26,451 bases of DNA from Candidatus Eiseniibacteriota bacterium (GTDB lineage: Bacteria; ARS69), in contig JBQTGV010000071.1 in assembly GCA_052390515.1 (NCBI GenBank), forward strand, positions 1-26,451. The letters are read 5' to 3'. Below, piece by piece: positions 1 through 6,903 of the stretch; within the stretch, counting starts at the first letter, position 1, and each line of letters starts with the position of its first letter. The position numbers and the translations under genes were made by a program. The notes beneath the pieces are model-generated. The model saw nothing but the letters and a program-made list of their open reading frames with translations, had not been told where the DNA came from and searched no databases.

Positions 1-384
1 GCTGTGGAGCTCGTCGGCCGTAGGGGCCGCGCCGGAGAAGACGATGACCGGGCGGAGCGTGATGCGCGTGACGGCGAGCTTCCCGGCGGGGGTCTTCTCC
101 ATGACGCCGAACGCGTCGTCCGAGTAGCTGTCGACGACGAAGCCCTGCTTGCCCGCCAAGTACAGGAAGGTGAGCATGTGGCAGCTGGATGCGGCGGCTA
201 CCAGCGCCTCTTCCGGATCCACCGCCTCGGCAACGGAGAACGGCAGGCGGACCGAGTGCGGCGAAGACGACGCCGGCACGGTGATCCCGCCGTCGAAGGA
301 CCACTCGTGGCCGCGGCTGTAGCGCCCGTCGGCAAAGTTGGCGCCGTTGCGTTGCCAGCGGATCCTCGCTTCGTACCGGTGCAG
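1..384 (-). CDS. OsmC/Ohr family protein (3' end runs off window; probable CTG start)
   Basis: Manual translation (not in ORF track): (L)HRYEARIRWQRNGANFADGRYSRGHEWSFDGGITVPASSSPH...VDPEEALVAAASSCHMLTFL...YSDDAFGVMEK...ITLRP. The DPEE-x5-ASSCHMLTFL motif is typical of the family. GGGAGGAG SD lies just upstream of CTG at 382-384. Confidence 0.85.
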   Translation of the reverse strand, partial: MHRYEARIRWQRNGANFADGRYSRGHEWSFDGGITVPASSSPHSVRLPFSVAEAVDPEEALVAAASSCHMLTFLYLAGKQGFVVDSYSDDAFGVMEKTPAGKLAVTRITLRPVIVFSGAAPTADELHS

Positions 385-465
385 GACGCTCTCCTCCCTC
401 GGCGAACTGCCGCCGTTCGACCTCGACGAGCTCGATCCGGCGCCGAGAATACTCGATTCCCCGCG

Positions 466-996
466 TCACGCGCCGCCTTCGCCCTCCATCAGCGCGAACT
501 CCGGGGCGTAGCGCACGATTCCGCCCCCGGCGGGGACGGCGCCAGGGCGAAGCACGATCACCTGGAACGCGTCGCCACCTTCGTACTCGTCGAACAGGCC
601 GAGGCTGCTGGCCGGCCGGAAGCCGAAGCGCCCGTAGTAGTGCGGATCGCCGAGCACGACGACGAAGGCGCGCCCCGCGGCGGCGCATGCCGAGAGTCCC
701 TCTCAGATGAGCGCCGCGGCGATTGCCGCGCGGGCGGAACGCCGGCAGCACCGCGACCGGTGCGAGGCCCGTGCCGTCGTCCGTGGCGGGCAGCGACGTG
801 GAGGGCGGGATCGTCGGTCACGTCCCTTCAGCCCGGTCACCTCGGCGACGAGGGAGATCTCCAGGCGGCCGGAGGCTCGCAGCGCGTCCACCAGCAGTGC
901 CTCGCACGGCGTCGGGAAGGACGCGCCGTGAACGGCGTGGATGGCGTCGTGATCGGCGGGCCGCTCGGGGCGAATGACCGGCGTCACTTGCGTCAC
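466..996 (-). pseudogene. Disrupted GNAT N-acetyltransferase (YhbS-like)
   Basis: N-terminus VIRPERPADHDAIHAVHGASFPTPCEALLVDALRASGRLEISLVAEV and C-terminus VVVLGDPHYYGRFGF...VRYAPEF are YhbS-like. The middle is broken by an inversion (801-837), two 1-bp indels and an in-frame TGA (703-705). The GTG start overlaps the upstream gene's stop (GTGA). Confidence 0.8.
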
Positions 997-1463
997 ACGG
1001 CCAGCGACAGCGCACTGCACAGTGCGGCCCCGAGCGACGCAGCGGTGCGCACGTGGTTCCCCGCCGTCCACTCACGCAGGTACCGCGCCCAGCGGGCCGC
1101 CGCCTCCGCCGAGTCCGCATCGAGCTTCGCCAGCGCGTCGTTGCGCGGGACGTGGAAGGCGATCGTCAGGGCGAACGAGCCGCCGAGATACAGGACACCT
1201 CCGGCGAGGAGCAGCAGCGAACGAGGCTCGTGCCACGGCCGGAGCGAGGCAACGACGCAGGCCGCCGCGAGCGCCGCCGTGCCGACGAACGCGCCGAGGA
1301 ACAGCGGATTCAGGACGACGACATTGATGCGCTGCATCGCGGTGACGCCCGCTGCGGCTGGGAGCCGGGAGAGAGCCTTCATGACGAACGTCGAGAACGC
1401 GAAGAAGACGCCGCCGACCGTTCCGGCGCCGAGGCAGAAGGCCAGCGCGAGCGTCTCCCTCAC
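993..1463 (-). CDS. DUF1772 / anthrone oxygenase family membrane protein
   Basis: GGVFFAFSTFVMKAL...AMQRINVVVLNPLF...HVPRNDAL...WARYLREWTAGNHVRT motifs. The GTG at 1463 overlaps the DUF488 stop. Confidence 0.85.
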   Translation of the reverse strand: MRETLALAFCLGAGTVGGVFFAFSTFVMKALSRLPAAAGVTAMQRINVVVLNPLFLGAFVGTAALAAACVVASLRPWHEPRSLLLLAGGVLYLGGSFALTIAFHVPRNDALAKLDADSAEAAARWARYLREWTAGNHVRTAASLGAALCSALSLAV

Positions 1464-1846
1464 GCCAGCTTCGCGCCGTGCTCGATCAGCAGGTCCTTCA
1501 GCACCGAGCGGTGGCAGCGCGCTTCGTCTTCGCAGTAGCAGCCGACCGAGAAGCTCGTCTCCTGCGAGAGAGCGGCGAGCAGCGTCAGGAGGCGCGCAGC
1601 CTCGGGTCGCTTCATCTCGGCGCGGTAGCGCCGCACGAAGGTCCGCCAGGCGCGCTCGTCGGACGCGCCGAGCGCCTGCTTGAGAAGCGCCTCCGAGGGG
1701 GCGAGGTCCGGCAGCCACACGTCATAGAGATGACGGGAGGCGTACTCGGCCTTGGGAACGCCGCGCGGCGGCCGGCGCACGGTGCCCAGACGAAGACCTT
1801 CGCCGCGTTGTCTCGGGCTGCCGAGGCGGACGACGCGCATGGACAT
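1460..1846 (-). CDS. DUF488 family protein (YeaO-like)
   Basis: GEGLRLGTVRRPPRGVPK...DVWLPDLAPS...YRAEM...VGCYCEDEARCHRSVL. AAGGA SD upstream. Confidence 0.85.
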   Translation of the reverse strand: MSMRVVRLGSPRQRGEGLRLGTVRRPPRGVPKAEYASRHLYDVWLPDLAPSEALLKQALGASDERAWRTFVRRYRAEMKRPEAARLLTLLAALSQETSFSVGCYCEDEARCHRSVLKDLLIEHGAKLA

Positions 1847-1887
1847 CCTTCGCTAAGCCTCCTCGCACGCCCGGGGTGAACGCCGAA

Positions 1888-2148
1888 TCACGTCGACTTG
1901 CGCGATCGGAACCGGCGGTTCGCCCAGAGAAGAAGGAGAGCTCCACCGGTGGCGATTGCCACGCTTCCGAGGTTGAAACCGCTCACGGTTCCGAGACCCA
2001 GGAACGTCGCGATGAAGCCGCCGACGAAGGCGCCCGCGATTCCCAGAAGGATGGTGACGATCACGCCGCCCGGATCGGGACCGGGCATGATCCACTTGGC
2101 GAGAACGCCCACGATGAGACCGAGGATGATCCACGACAGGAGTCCCAT
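1888..2148 (-). CDS. GlsB/YeaQ/YmgE (transglycosylase-associated) stress membrane protein
   Basis: MGLLSWIILGLIVGVLAKWIMPG...GGVIVTILLGIAGAFVGG...ATGGALLLL. GGGAGGAG SD upstream. Confidence 0.9.
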   Translation of the reverse strand: MGLLSWIILGLIVGVLAKWIMPGPDPGGVIVTILLGIAGAFVGGFIATFLGLGTVSGFNLGSVAIATGGALLLLWANRRFRSRKST

Positions 2149-2249
2149 GTCCGTCTCCTCCCGGCGGGCTGGAGGTGATTTGCAGCTCAGCCGCGCTCGC
2201 CGCAGAGCCTATTCCTCGCCGTCGCACGCCGCAAGACCACGTCCGACCG

Positions 2250-2275
2250 GGTAGTGTCCTAGCTAGGACACCACC
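2250..2275. promoter_or_regulatory. Near-perfect palindrome (TGTC-N8-GACA core), candidate operator
   Basis: GTGTCCTAGCTAGGACAC (2254-2271) is a perfect 18-bp palindrome, extending to 26 bp with one mismatched pair. It is intergenic, upstream of the GlsB-family gene. Confidence 0.45.
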
Positions 2276-2288
2276 TCCGACCGACGCT

Positions 2289-2948
2289 TCACCCACCGGC
2301 GAGGCGGGTGAAGACCGTCTCGACCAGCCGATCGCAGCGGGCTCCGTCGAAGTGATAGAGCTGGCGCGGATCGGCTCCCATGCGGTCGCGGAGCCGCTCG
2401 CGAAGGTGGACCTTGGCACGATGAAGCCGGACGCGCACGTTGCCCGCGCTCATCCCGAGCGCCGCCGCCGCCTCCTCGGACGACAGGCCCTCGACCTCGC
2501 GCAGAACGAACACGGGGCGGAGGGCGTCCGGGAGAGCGTCGACGGCTTCTCGCAGCAGGAAGAGCAGCTCGTGATTCTCCGCTTGGCGTTCCGGGTCGGG
2601 AGCCGACGAGGGAGCATCCGCCAGCTCGTCCTCGGGAGAGACGAGCCGCATCCGGCGGGCTCGCACCATCGCCTCGTGGGCCGCGATCTTGGTGAGCCAC
2701 GTCGAGAAGCGAGCCTCGCCTCGAAAGCGGTCGAGTGCGCGGAAGGCCTTCACGTACGCCTCCTGCGTGATGTCCTCGGCTTCGTCGTCATCTTTGACGA
2801 AGCCGCGCGCCACCCGGTAGAGGCGCTGGTTGTACCGACGCATCAGGATCTCGAAGAGCTCCGTCTCCCCCGCTCGCACCCGGTCCACGACGTCCTCGTC
2901 GGACAGCGCCGTGAGCTGCGGCGACGACCGCGGGAGCCTACGCCCCAT
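2289..2948 (-). CDS. ECF (sigma-70 group 4) RNA polymerase sigma factor with short C-terminal RCD extension
   Basis: Region 2: FEILMRRYNQRLYRVAR..EAEDITQEAYVKAF..FRGEARFSTWLTKIA. Region 4: ALPDALRPVFVLREVEGLS..NVRVRLHRAK. Tail: YHFDGARCDRLVETVF. Confidence 0.92.
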   Translation of the reverse strand: MGRRLPRSSPQLTALSDEDVVDRVRAGETELFEILMRRYNQRLYRVARGFVKDDDEAEDITQEAYVKAFRALDRFRGEARFSTWLTKIAAHEAMVRARRMRLVSPEDELADAPSSAPDPERQAENHELLFLLREAVDALPDALRPVFVLREVEGLSSEEAAAALGMSAGNVRVRLHRAKVHLRERLRDRMGADPRQLYHFDGARCDRLVETVFTRLAGG

Positions 2949-3372
2949 GCTGCGCCGGTGAACGTGCGAACGACGCGGCGGTGGTGCGCCCCTGGCGTTG
3001 CTCGGCGAGATGGGCCAGGGTGTAGGCGCCGACCGCCATCGCGAGGTCGCGCACCGCGACGTCGAGCGCGCCCAGCGCCACGAGATTCACGGCGATGAGC
3101 GTGAGCCAAACCGTGGCCAGCCAGGCGCCCAACCGCGTCCACCGGGTCAACACCATGATCCCCACGGCCATTTCGATGACCCCGACCGCGTACATGAACC
3201 CCTGCGGCGAGACCGGCAGCAAACCGGCGGTGAGCGGGCTCACGTACCCGGGCCAGTCCGCCAGGATGTTGAAGAACTTGTCCAACCCAGCCAGGAACGG
3301 TACGAGGCCGTAGGTCAGCCAGAGCGGACGGTAGATGGATGCGAGAAACGGTGCTTCGGGTTCGGACTTCAT
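2938..3372 (-). CDS. DoxX-like membrane protein
   Basis: LTYGLVPFLAGLDKFFNILADWPGYV...FMYAVGVIEMAVG...DVAVRDLAMAVGA. AGGAGG SD. Overlaps the sigma factor start by 11 bp. Confidence 0.75.
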   Translation of the reverse strand: MKSEPEAPFLASIYRPLWLTYGLVPFLAGLDKFFNILADWPGYVSPLTAGLLPVSPQGFMYAVGVIEMAVGIMVLTRWTRLGAWLATVWLTLIAVNLVALGALDVAVRDLAMAVGAYTLAHLAEQRQGRTTAASFARSPAQHGA

Positions 3373-3395
3373 GGCTCTGCCTCCTCCTACCCTAC

Positions 3396-3422
3396 AGAGT
3401 GGCAGGCCGCGCGTTCGTTACA
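3396..3422 (-). promoter_or_regulatory. Candidate ECF-type promoter TGTAAC-N16-ACTCT upstream of the DoxX-sigma pair
   Basis: AAC-containing -35, a 16-nt spacer and a -10-like ACTCT just upstream of the SD. Inference only. Confidence 0.3.
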
Positions 3423-3545
3423 CGCCTCCATCAATCGTTCAGCAGCGAGGGCCAATTCTGCACCAGGGTCAGCGGCTCCGAGTCGACCTCCGTCCTATGA
3501 GTCACGAGGTCGCCGCCGTCTCCCGAAGTGGAAACGGCGGCCGGT

Positions 3546-3607
3546 CCCCCGGCGCCCAGGACGGCGCGAACCTCGTGCGGGCCGACGCGTTTCCCTATCG
3601 AGAGGGT
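3546..3607 (-). pseudogene. Remnant of a Ser/Thr protein kinase N-terminus
   Basis: Translates TLSIGKRVGPHEVRAVLGAGG, resembling the Hanks-type kinase start 'GTRLGPYEI..LGAGGMGEVY'. Similarity stops after the Gly loop. Confidence 0.4.
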
Positions 3608-3652
3608 CCTCCGGTCACTCGAATCTCGCGGTATCCGGCAGCGGGAGCGGAG

Positions 3653-4027
3653 CTATGCCTTGAACAGCGACCTGTAGCTGTCCCGGTGGCGATAGATGAG
3701 GAGCCCATTGGCGACCACCAGGAACGCCGCGGTCGGGAGCCCTTCCGGCGCCATGAGAGCGTGGACCAGCACGATGTTCACGATGATCGGCGAAATCACG
3801 ACCGCGGCCAGCGGGACAAGCTTGCCGGCGACGAAGGCGGTCCCGCAGAGCAGCTCCACGACCTTCACCGTGGGCATCAGATAGCGGGACGCCTCGAGCC
3901 CGTCGTTGAACGTCTTCATCGCGCCGGTGAGCGGTGGTGGCGTGATCAGCTTGAACAGATACGTGATCGACGCGAACAGAAACAGAAGACCCATGAGCGT
4001 GCGGAGGATCACCGTGGCGATTCTCAC
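3653..4027 (-). CDS. DoxX family membrane protein
   Basis: ILRTLMGLLFLFASITYLF...GLEASRYLMPTVKVVELLCG...PLAAVVISPIIVNIVLVH. The GTG at 4027 follows an AAGGAG SD. Confidence 0.85.
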   Translation of the reverse strand: MRIATVILRTLMGLLFLFASITYLFKLITPPPLTGAMKTFNDGLEASRYLMPTVKVVELLCGTAFVAGKLVPLAAVVISPIIVNIVLVHALMAPEGLPTAAFLVVANGLLIYRHRDSYRSLFKA

Positions 4028-4053
4028 CTTTGTCGCTCCTTTCCTTCGGTGGG

Positions 4054-4132
4054 GCACTCACCGTACCAGATTCAGCGGCGGGGATAGCGCCTTCGGCATG
4101 AGGGCCTACTCCACGTGCAACTGCCATTCGGC
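4054..4132 (-). mobile_element. Degenerate attC-like site
   Basis: Minus strand GCCGAAT-GG-CAGTTGCA...CCCGCCGCTGAATCTG-GTACG-GTGAGTG has an R''/L''/L'/R'-like order and sits directly before the next gene's SD. It is heavily decayed. Confidence 0.35.
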
Positions 4133-4181
4133 GGGCAGCGCGTGCCCTGGGAGCGGCGCAGCATCGCGTCGGTTCGGTAGC

Positions 4182-4751
4182 TCAAGGTTCGGATGTCGTG
4201 GAAGTACAAGTCTCCGTGGCCTCCCGCGGCGTGTACGTCAACCTGATCACGTCCTCGTCCATTCGCTCGCTGGCTTTGAGGCGGAGAGGCGGCCGAGGCC
4301 CGGCGAAGAACGGCTTGCCGGAGCCGAGCACGACCGGGTGCAGGTAGACTCGATACTCATCAATGAGACCGAGGTCCGTCATGCTTCGCGCCAGATCCGG
4401 GCCTGCAACGTCGATCTCTCCGCCAAGCTCTGCCTTGAGCCGACGTATCAGCCCCTCGACGTCATTCGCGACGAGCGTGGCGTTGGGACCGACTGACTTC
4501 AATGAGCGCGACACGACCCACTTCGGCTGGCCCCGCCACGCCGCCGAAAAGTCGCGTTCTTCCACGCCCCAATCGGCACGGTCGTCGTCCCAATACCGCA
4601 TCACCTCGTATATCCGGCGGCCGTACACGCTGCCGGCCAGGCCGCCAACCTGCTCGATGAAGTGACGAAAGAGCTTCGGGCTTGGTGAAAACGCCATGTG
4701 GTCGACGTAGCCGTCCAACGACTGGTTCATGCCAAAGACGAGCTTCGCCAT
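4182..4751 (-). CDS. Dihydrofolate reductase-like / RibD C-terminal domain protein
   Basis: MAKLVFGMNQSLDGYVDH...YGRRIYEVMRYW...PKWVVSRSL...VAGPDLARS..DLGLIDEYRVYLHPVVLGSGKPFF. GGAGG SD. Confidence 0.92.
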   Translation of the reverse strand: MAKLVFGMNQSLDGYVDHMAFSPSPKLFRHFIEQVGGLAGSVYGRRIYEVMRYWDDDRADWGVEERDFSAAWRGQPKWVVSRSLKSVGPNATLVANDVEGLIRRLKAELGGEIDVAGPDLARSMTDLGLIDEYRVYLHPVVLGSGKPFFAGPRPPLRLKASERMDEDVIRLTYTPREATETCTSTTSEP

Positions 4752-4779
4752 ACAATGCCTTCCTCCCTGTCAGTGCGGC

Positions 4780-4874
4780 GCCTGACGATCGGCTCGGACC
4801 AGCCCGCGAGCCCCGCGCTCAGCGGGTGGCTGCAACGACCATCGGGACCGCCCAGCCCGTCGGCTGCAGCCGTG
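4780..4874 (-). mobile_element. Degenerate attC-like site
   Basis: Minus strand: directly after a TGA, CGGCTGCAGCCGACGG (L''-like) ... GAGCCGATC-GTCAGGC (one mismatch from the GTTAGGC core), then the SD and ATG of the DHFR-like gene. Confidence 0.4.
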
Positions 4875-5080
4875 TCAGTGAATCCGGTCGAACGACGCTC
4901 CGTTGAACTTGAACACGCCATTCCCTGCCAACCACAGGTCGCCCTGGCGATCCGTATGAATGCCCATGGTGGATCGCCGCTAGCGCCACGTGCCGATCGT
5001 GAAGAGCGTAGCGCCCCGGCGAAGACGGCCGCCCACAGCGCCGCAGCATACGCTGTCCATGACCTCCTAACCCGACTCAA
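4875..5080 (-). pseudogene. Chimeric gene remnant: membrane-protein N-terminus joined to the C-terminus of a beta-propeller (Reg_prop-like) protein
   Basis: From TTG 5080: MSRVRRSWTAYAAALWAAVFAG (DUF3995-like start). 4875-4967 reads MGIHTDRQGDLWLAGNGVFKFNGASFDRIH*, a propeller blade D-x2-G-x-LW-x3-NGV-x2-FNG. Confidence 0.5.
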
Positions 5081-5137
5081 TGGTCCCTCGCCACCGATCA
5101 CGACGGCGACCACGCCCGACCTCAACTGCGACGCGCA

Positions 5138-5186
5138 GCACAACGCTCCGGTTCAGCGGCGCGCAGCGCCGTCCGCTGCAACCGGA
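5138..5186 (-). mobile_element. Truncated attC-like recombination site
   Basis: Minus strand TCCGGTT[G]CAGCGG[A]CGGCGCTGCGCGCCGCTGAACCGGA-GC-GTTGTGC: an imperfect hairpin with two extrahelical bases and a GTT core at the correct side. The R'' (RYYYAAC) end is missing. Confidence 0.6.
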
Positions 5187-5203
5187 CAAGGACCCTGCGG
5201 GAC

Positions 5204-6037
5204 TCAGCCTCCGCCGCCGGAATCCAGTTTCCGCATCAGCCTTCCCCGCGGCACCCCGGTCACCGCCGCGACCTCCTTCGCCGCCCGCGCCGGCGTCAGC
5301 CCCGCGCGGACCGCCAGCTCGAGCAGCGCACTCACGTCCACCGACACGCGCTCGCCGTCTGCCTCGCCGCCCTCCACCACGATGACGATCTCGCCCTTGG
5401 CGCCGGCGGCGAAGCGCGACGCCAGCTCGCCGAGCGGTGCGTCGACGACCTCCTCGAACATCTTCGTCGCCTCGCGCACGAGGGTCCCTCGACGCTCCGC
5501 ACCGAACACCGCCACCATGTCCGCCAGCGTCTCCGCCACCCGATGCGGCGCCTCGTAGACGACGATGGCGCGCGTCTCGCCGGAGAGCACCTCGAGGCGC
5601 CGCCGCCTCGCTGTGGTCTTCGCCGGCAGGAACCCCTCGAAGACGAACGGTCCGCCGCCCGCCGGGCTCACCGAGAGCGCCGCCGTCACGGCGCTCGGCC
5701 CCGGCACCGGCTCGACGCGAGCGCCCGCCTCCACCGCCGCACGCACCACCACCGCGCCCGGATCCGAGACCCCCGGCGTCCCGCCGTCGGTCACGAGCGC
5801 CACGGTCTCGCCGGCCGCCAGCCGCGCCACGATCGCCGCCGCTTTCTCCCGCTCCCGGGGCGCGAAGTACGAAATCATCGGCTTCTTCGAAATGCCCAGC
5901 CTCTGCAGCAGCAGTCCCGTGCGCCGAGTGTCCTCCGCGGCGATGACGTCGGCCGACGCCAGCGCCTCCCGCGCGCGCGGCGAAAGGTCCCCGAGGTTAC
6001 CGATCGGCGTCGCGACGACGCGGAGCAGGCCGGCCAT
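5204..6037 (-). CDS. rsmI: 16S rRNA (cytidine1402-2'-O)-methyltransferase
   Basis: VVATPIGNLGDLSPRA..IAAEDTRRT..ALVTDGGTPGVSDPG..PVPGPSA..FEGFLP..YEAPHR..REATKMFEEV..KGEIVIVV. Confidence 0.96.
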   Translation of the reverse strand: MAGLLRVVATPIGNLGDLSPRAREALASADVIAAEDTRRTGLLLQRLGISKKPMISYFAPREREKAAAIVARLAAGETVALVTDGGTPGVSDPGAVVVRAAVEAGARVEPVPGPSAVTAALSVSPAGGGPFVFEGFLPAKTTARRRRLEVLSGETRAIVVYEAPHRVAETLADMVAVFGAERRGTLVREATKMFEEVVDAPLGELASRFAAGAKGEIVIVVEGGEADGERVSVDVSALLELAVRAGLTPARAAKEVAAVTGVPRGRLMRKLDSGGGG

Positions 6038-6051
6038 CGACCGTCAGCCTC

Positions 6052-6903
6052 TCAGCCGGCCAAGCGCCGGTCGCGGGAGAGACCCGCGTCCCGCGGCAGC
6101 CGGAAGTCCGGCCCGATCGTGCGCTTCGACAGCTTCGCGATGATCGGCATGCGCCGCTTGTACTGGTTCCGGCGGACCCGCTCCACGACGCTGCGCACGA
6201 ACGCCGGATCGAGCCCGTCCTCCACCAGCCGCGCCGGATCCTCGCGGTCGTCGATCAGCCGCACGAGCGCCGCGTCCAGCGCGTCGTACGACGCGCCCAG
6301 CTCGTCCTCGTCGCGCTGTCCCGGCCACAGGTCCGCGGTCGGCGGTTTCACGCGGATTACCTCCGGCACGCCGAGATGCTCGGCCAGCTGCCGCACGTGC
6401 GACTTGTAAAGATCGCCGATGGGGTTGACGGCCGAGGCCAGATCTCCGAACAGCGTGCCGTAGCCGAGCAGCAGCTCGGTCTTGTTGCTGGTGCCGAGCA
6501 CCAGCGCCTGCGTCTCCGCCGACACGTCGTACAGCACGATCATGCGGCAGCGCGCGTACACGTTCCCGCGGCGAAGCACGCCAGCGTCCGGCACGAGGCG
6601 AAGGTACTCGCCGGCCATGCTCCCGACGTCCACGACGCGGCCCCGCACGCCCGTCTCCCGTACCACGAGCTCGGCCTGCGTGACGCTGTCGGCGCTGGAC
6701 ACTCCCTCCACCGGCATCAGCACCGCGGTCACGTTCTCCGGACCGAGCGCCTTCGCCGCGAGGTAGCAGACGACCGCCGAGTCCAGCCCGCCGGAGAGAC
6801 CGAGCACGCCGCGGGAGAAACCCGCGCTCGCCGTCTCCGCACGCAGGAACGCGGTGAGGATCCTTTCGACCGGCGCCGCATCCACGAAGAGCCGCGGATT
6901 CAT
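6052..6903 (-). CDS. nadE: NAD+ synthetase (synthetase domain only)
   Basis: VLGLSGGLDSAV, GNVYARCRMIVLYD, LGTSNKTELLLGYGTLFGD, PIGDLYKS, KPPTADLWPGQRDEDELG, NQYKR. The ATG at 6903 overlaps the nitrilase stop (ATGA). Confidence 0.95.
   Translation of the reverse strand: MNPRLFVDAAPVERILTAFLRAETASAGFSRGVLGLSGGLDSAVVCYLAAKALGPENVTAVLMPVEGVSSADSVTQAELVVRETGVRGRVVDVGSMAGEYLRLVPDAGVLRRGNVYARCRMIVLYDVSAETQALVLGTSNKTELLLGYGTLFGDLASAVNPIGDLYKSHVRQLAEHLGVPEVIRVKPPTADLWPGQRDEDELGASYDALDAALVRLIDDREDPARLVEDGLDPAFVRSVVERVRRNQYKRRMPIIAKLSKRTIGPDFRLPRDAGLSRDRRLAG

Noticed and set aside
703-705. In-frame TGA in the GNAT gene as a selenocysteine codon (selB is nearby)
   Set aside because: The context ALI*EGL corresponds to Arg (CGA>TGA), not Cys, and the gene carries other lesions.
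2149-2249. Sigma54 promoter downstream of the palindrome
   Set aside because: No convincing TGGCAC-N5-TTGC-like element with correct GG-N10-GC spacing.
3430-3470. Possible fourth attC relic (GCCCTCGCTGCTGAACG on minus)
   Set aside because: No matching arm or GTT core could be identified.
4980-5060. 26-aa ORF MDSVCCGAVGG... with an AGGAGG upstream
   Set aside because: It has no recognisable features, and the overlapping frame has the more protein-like membrane sequence.
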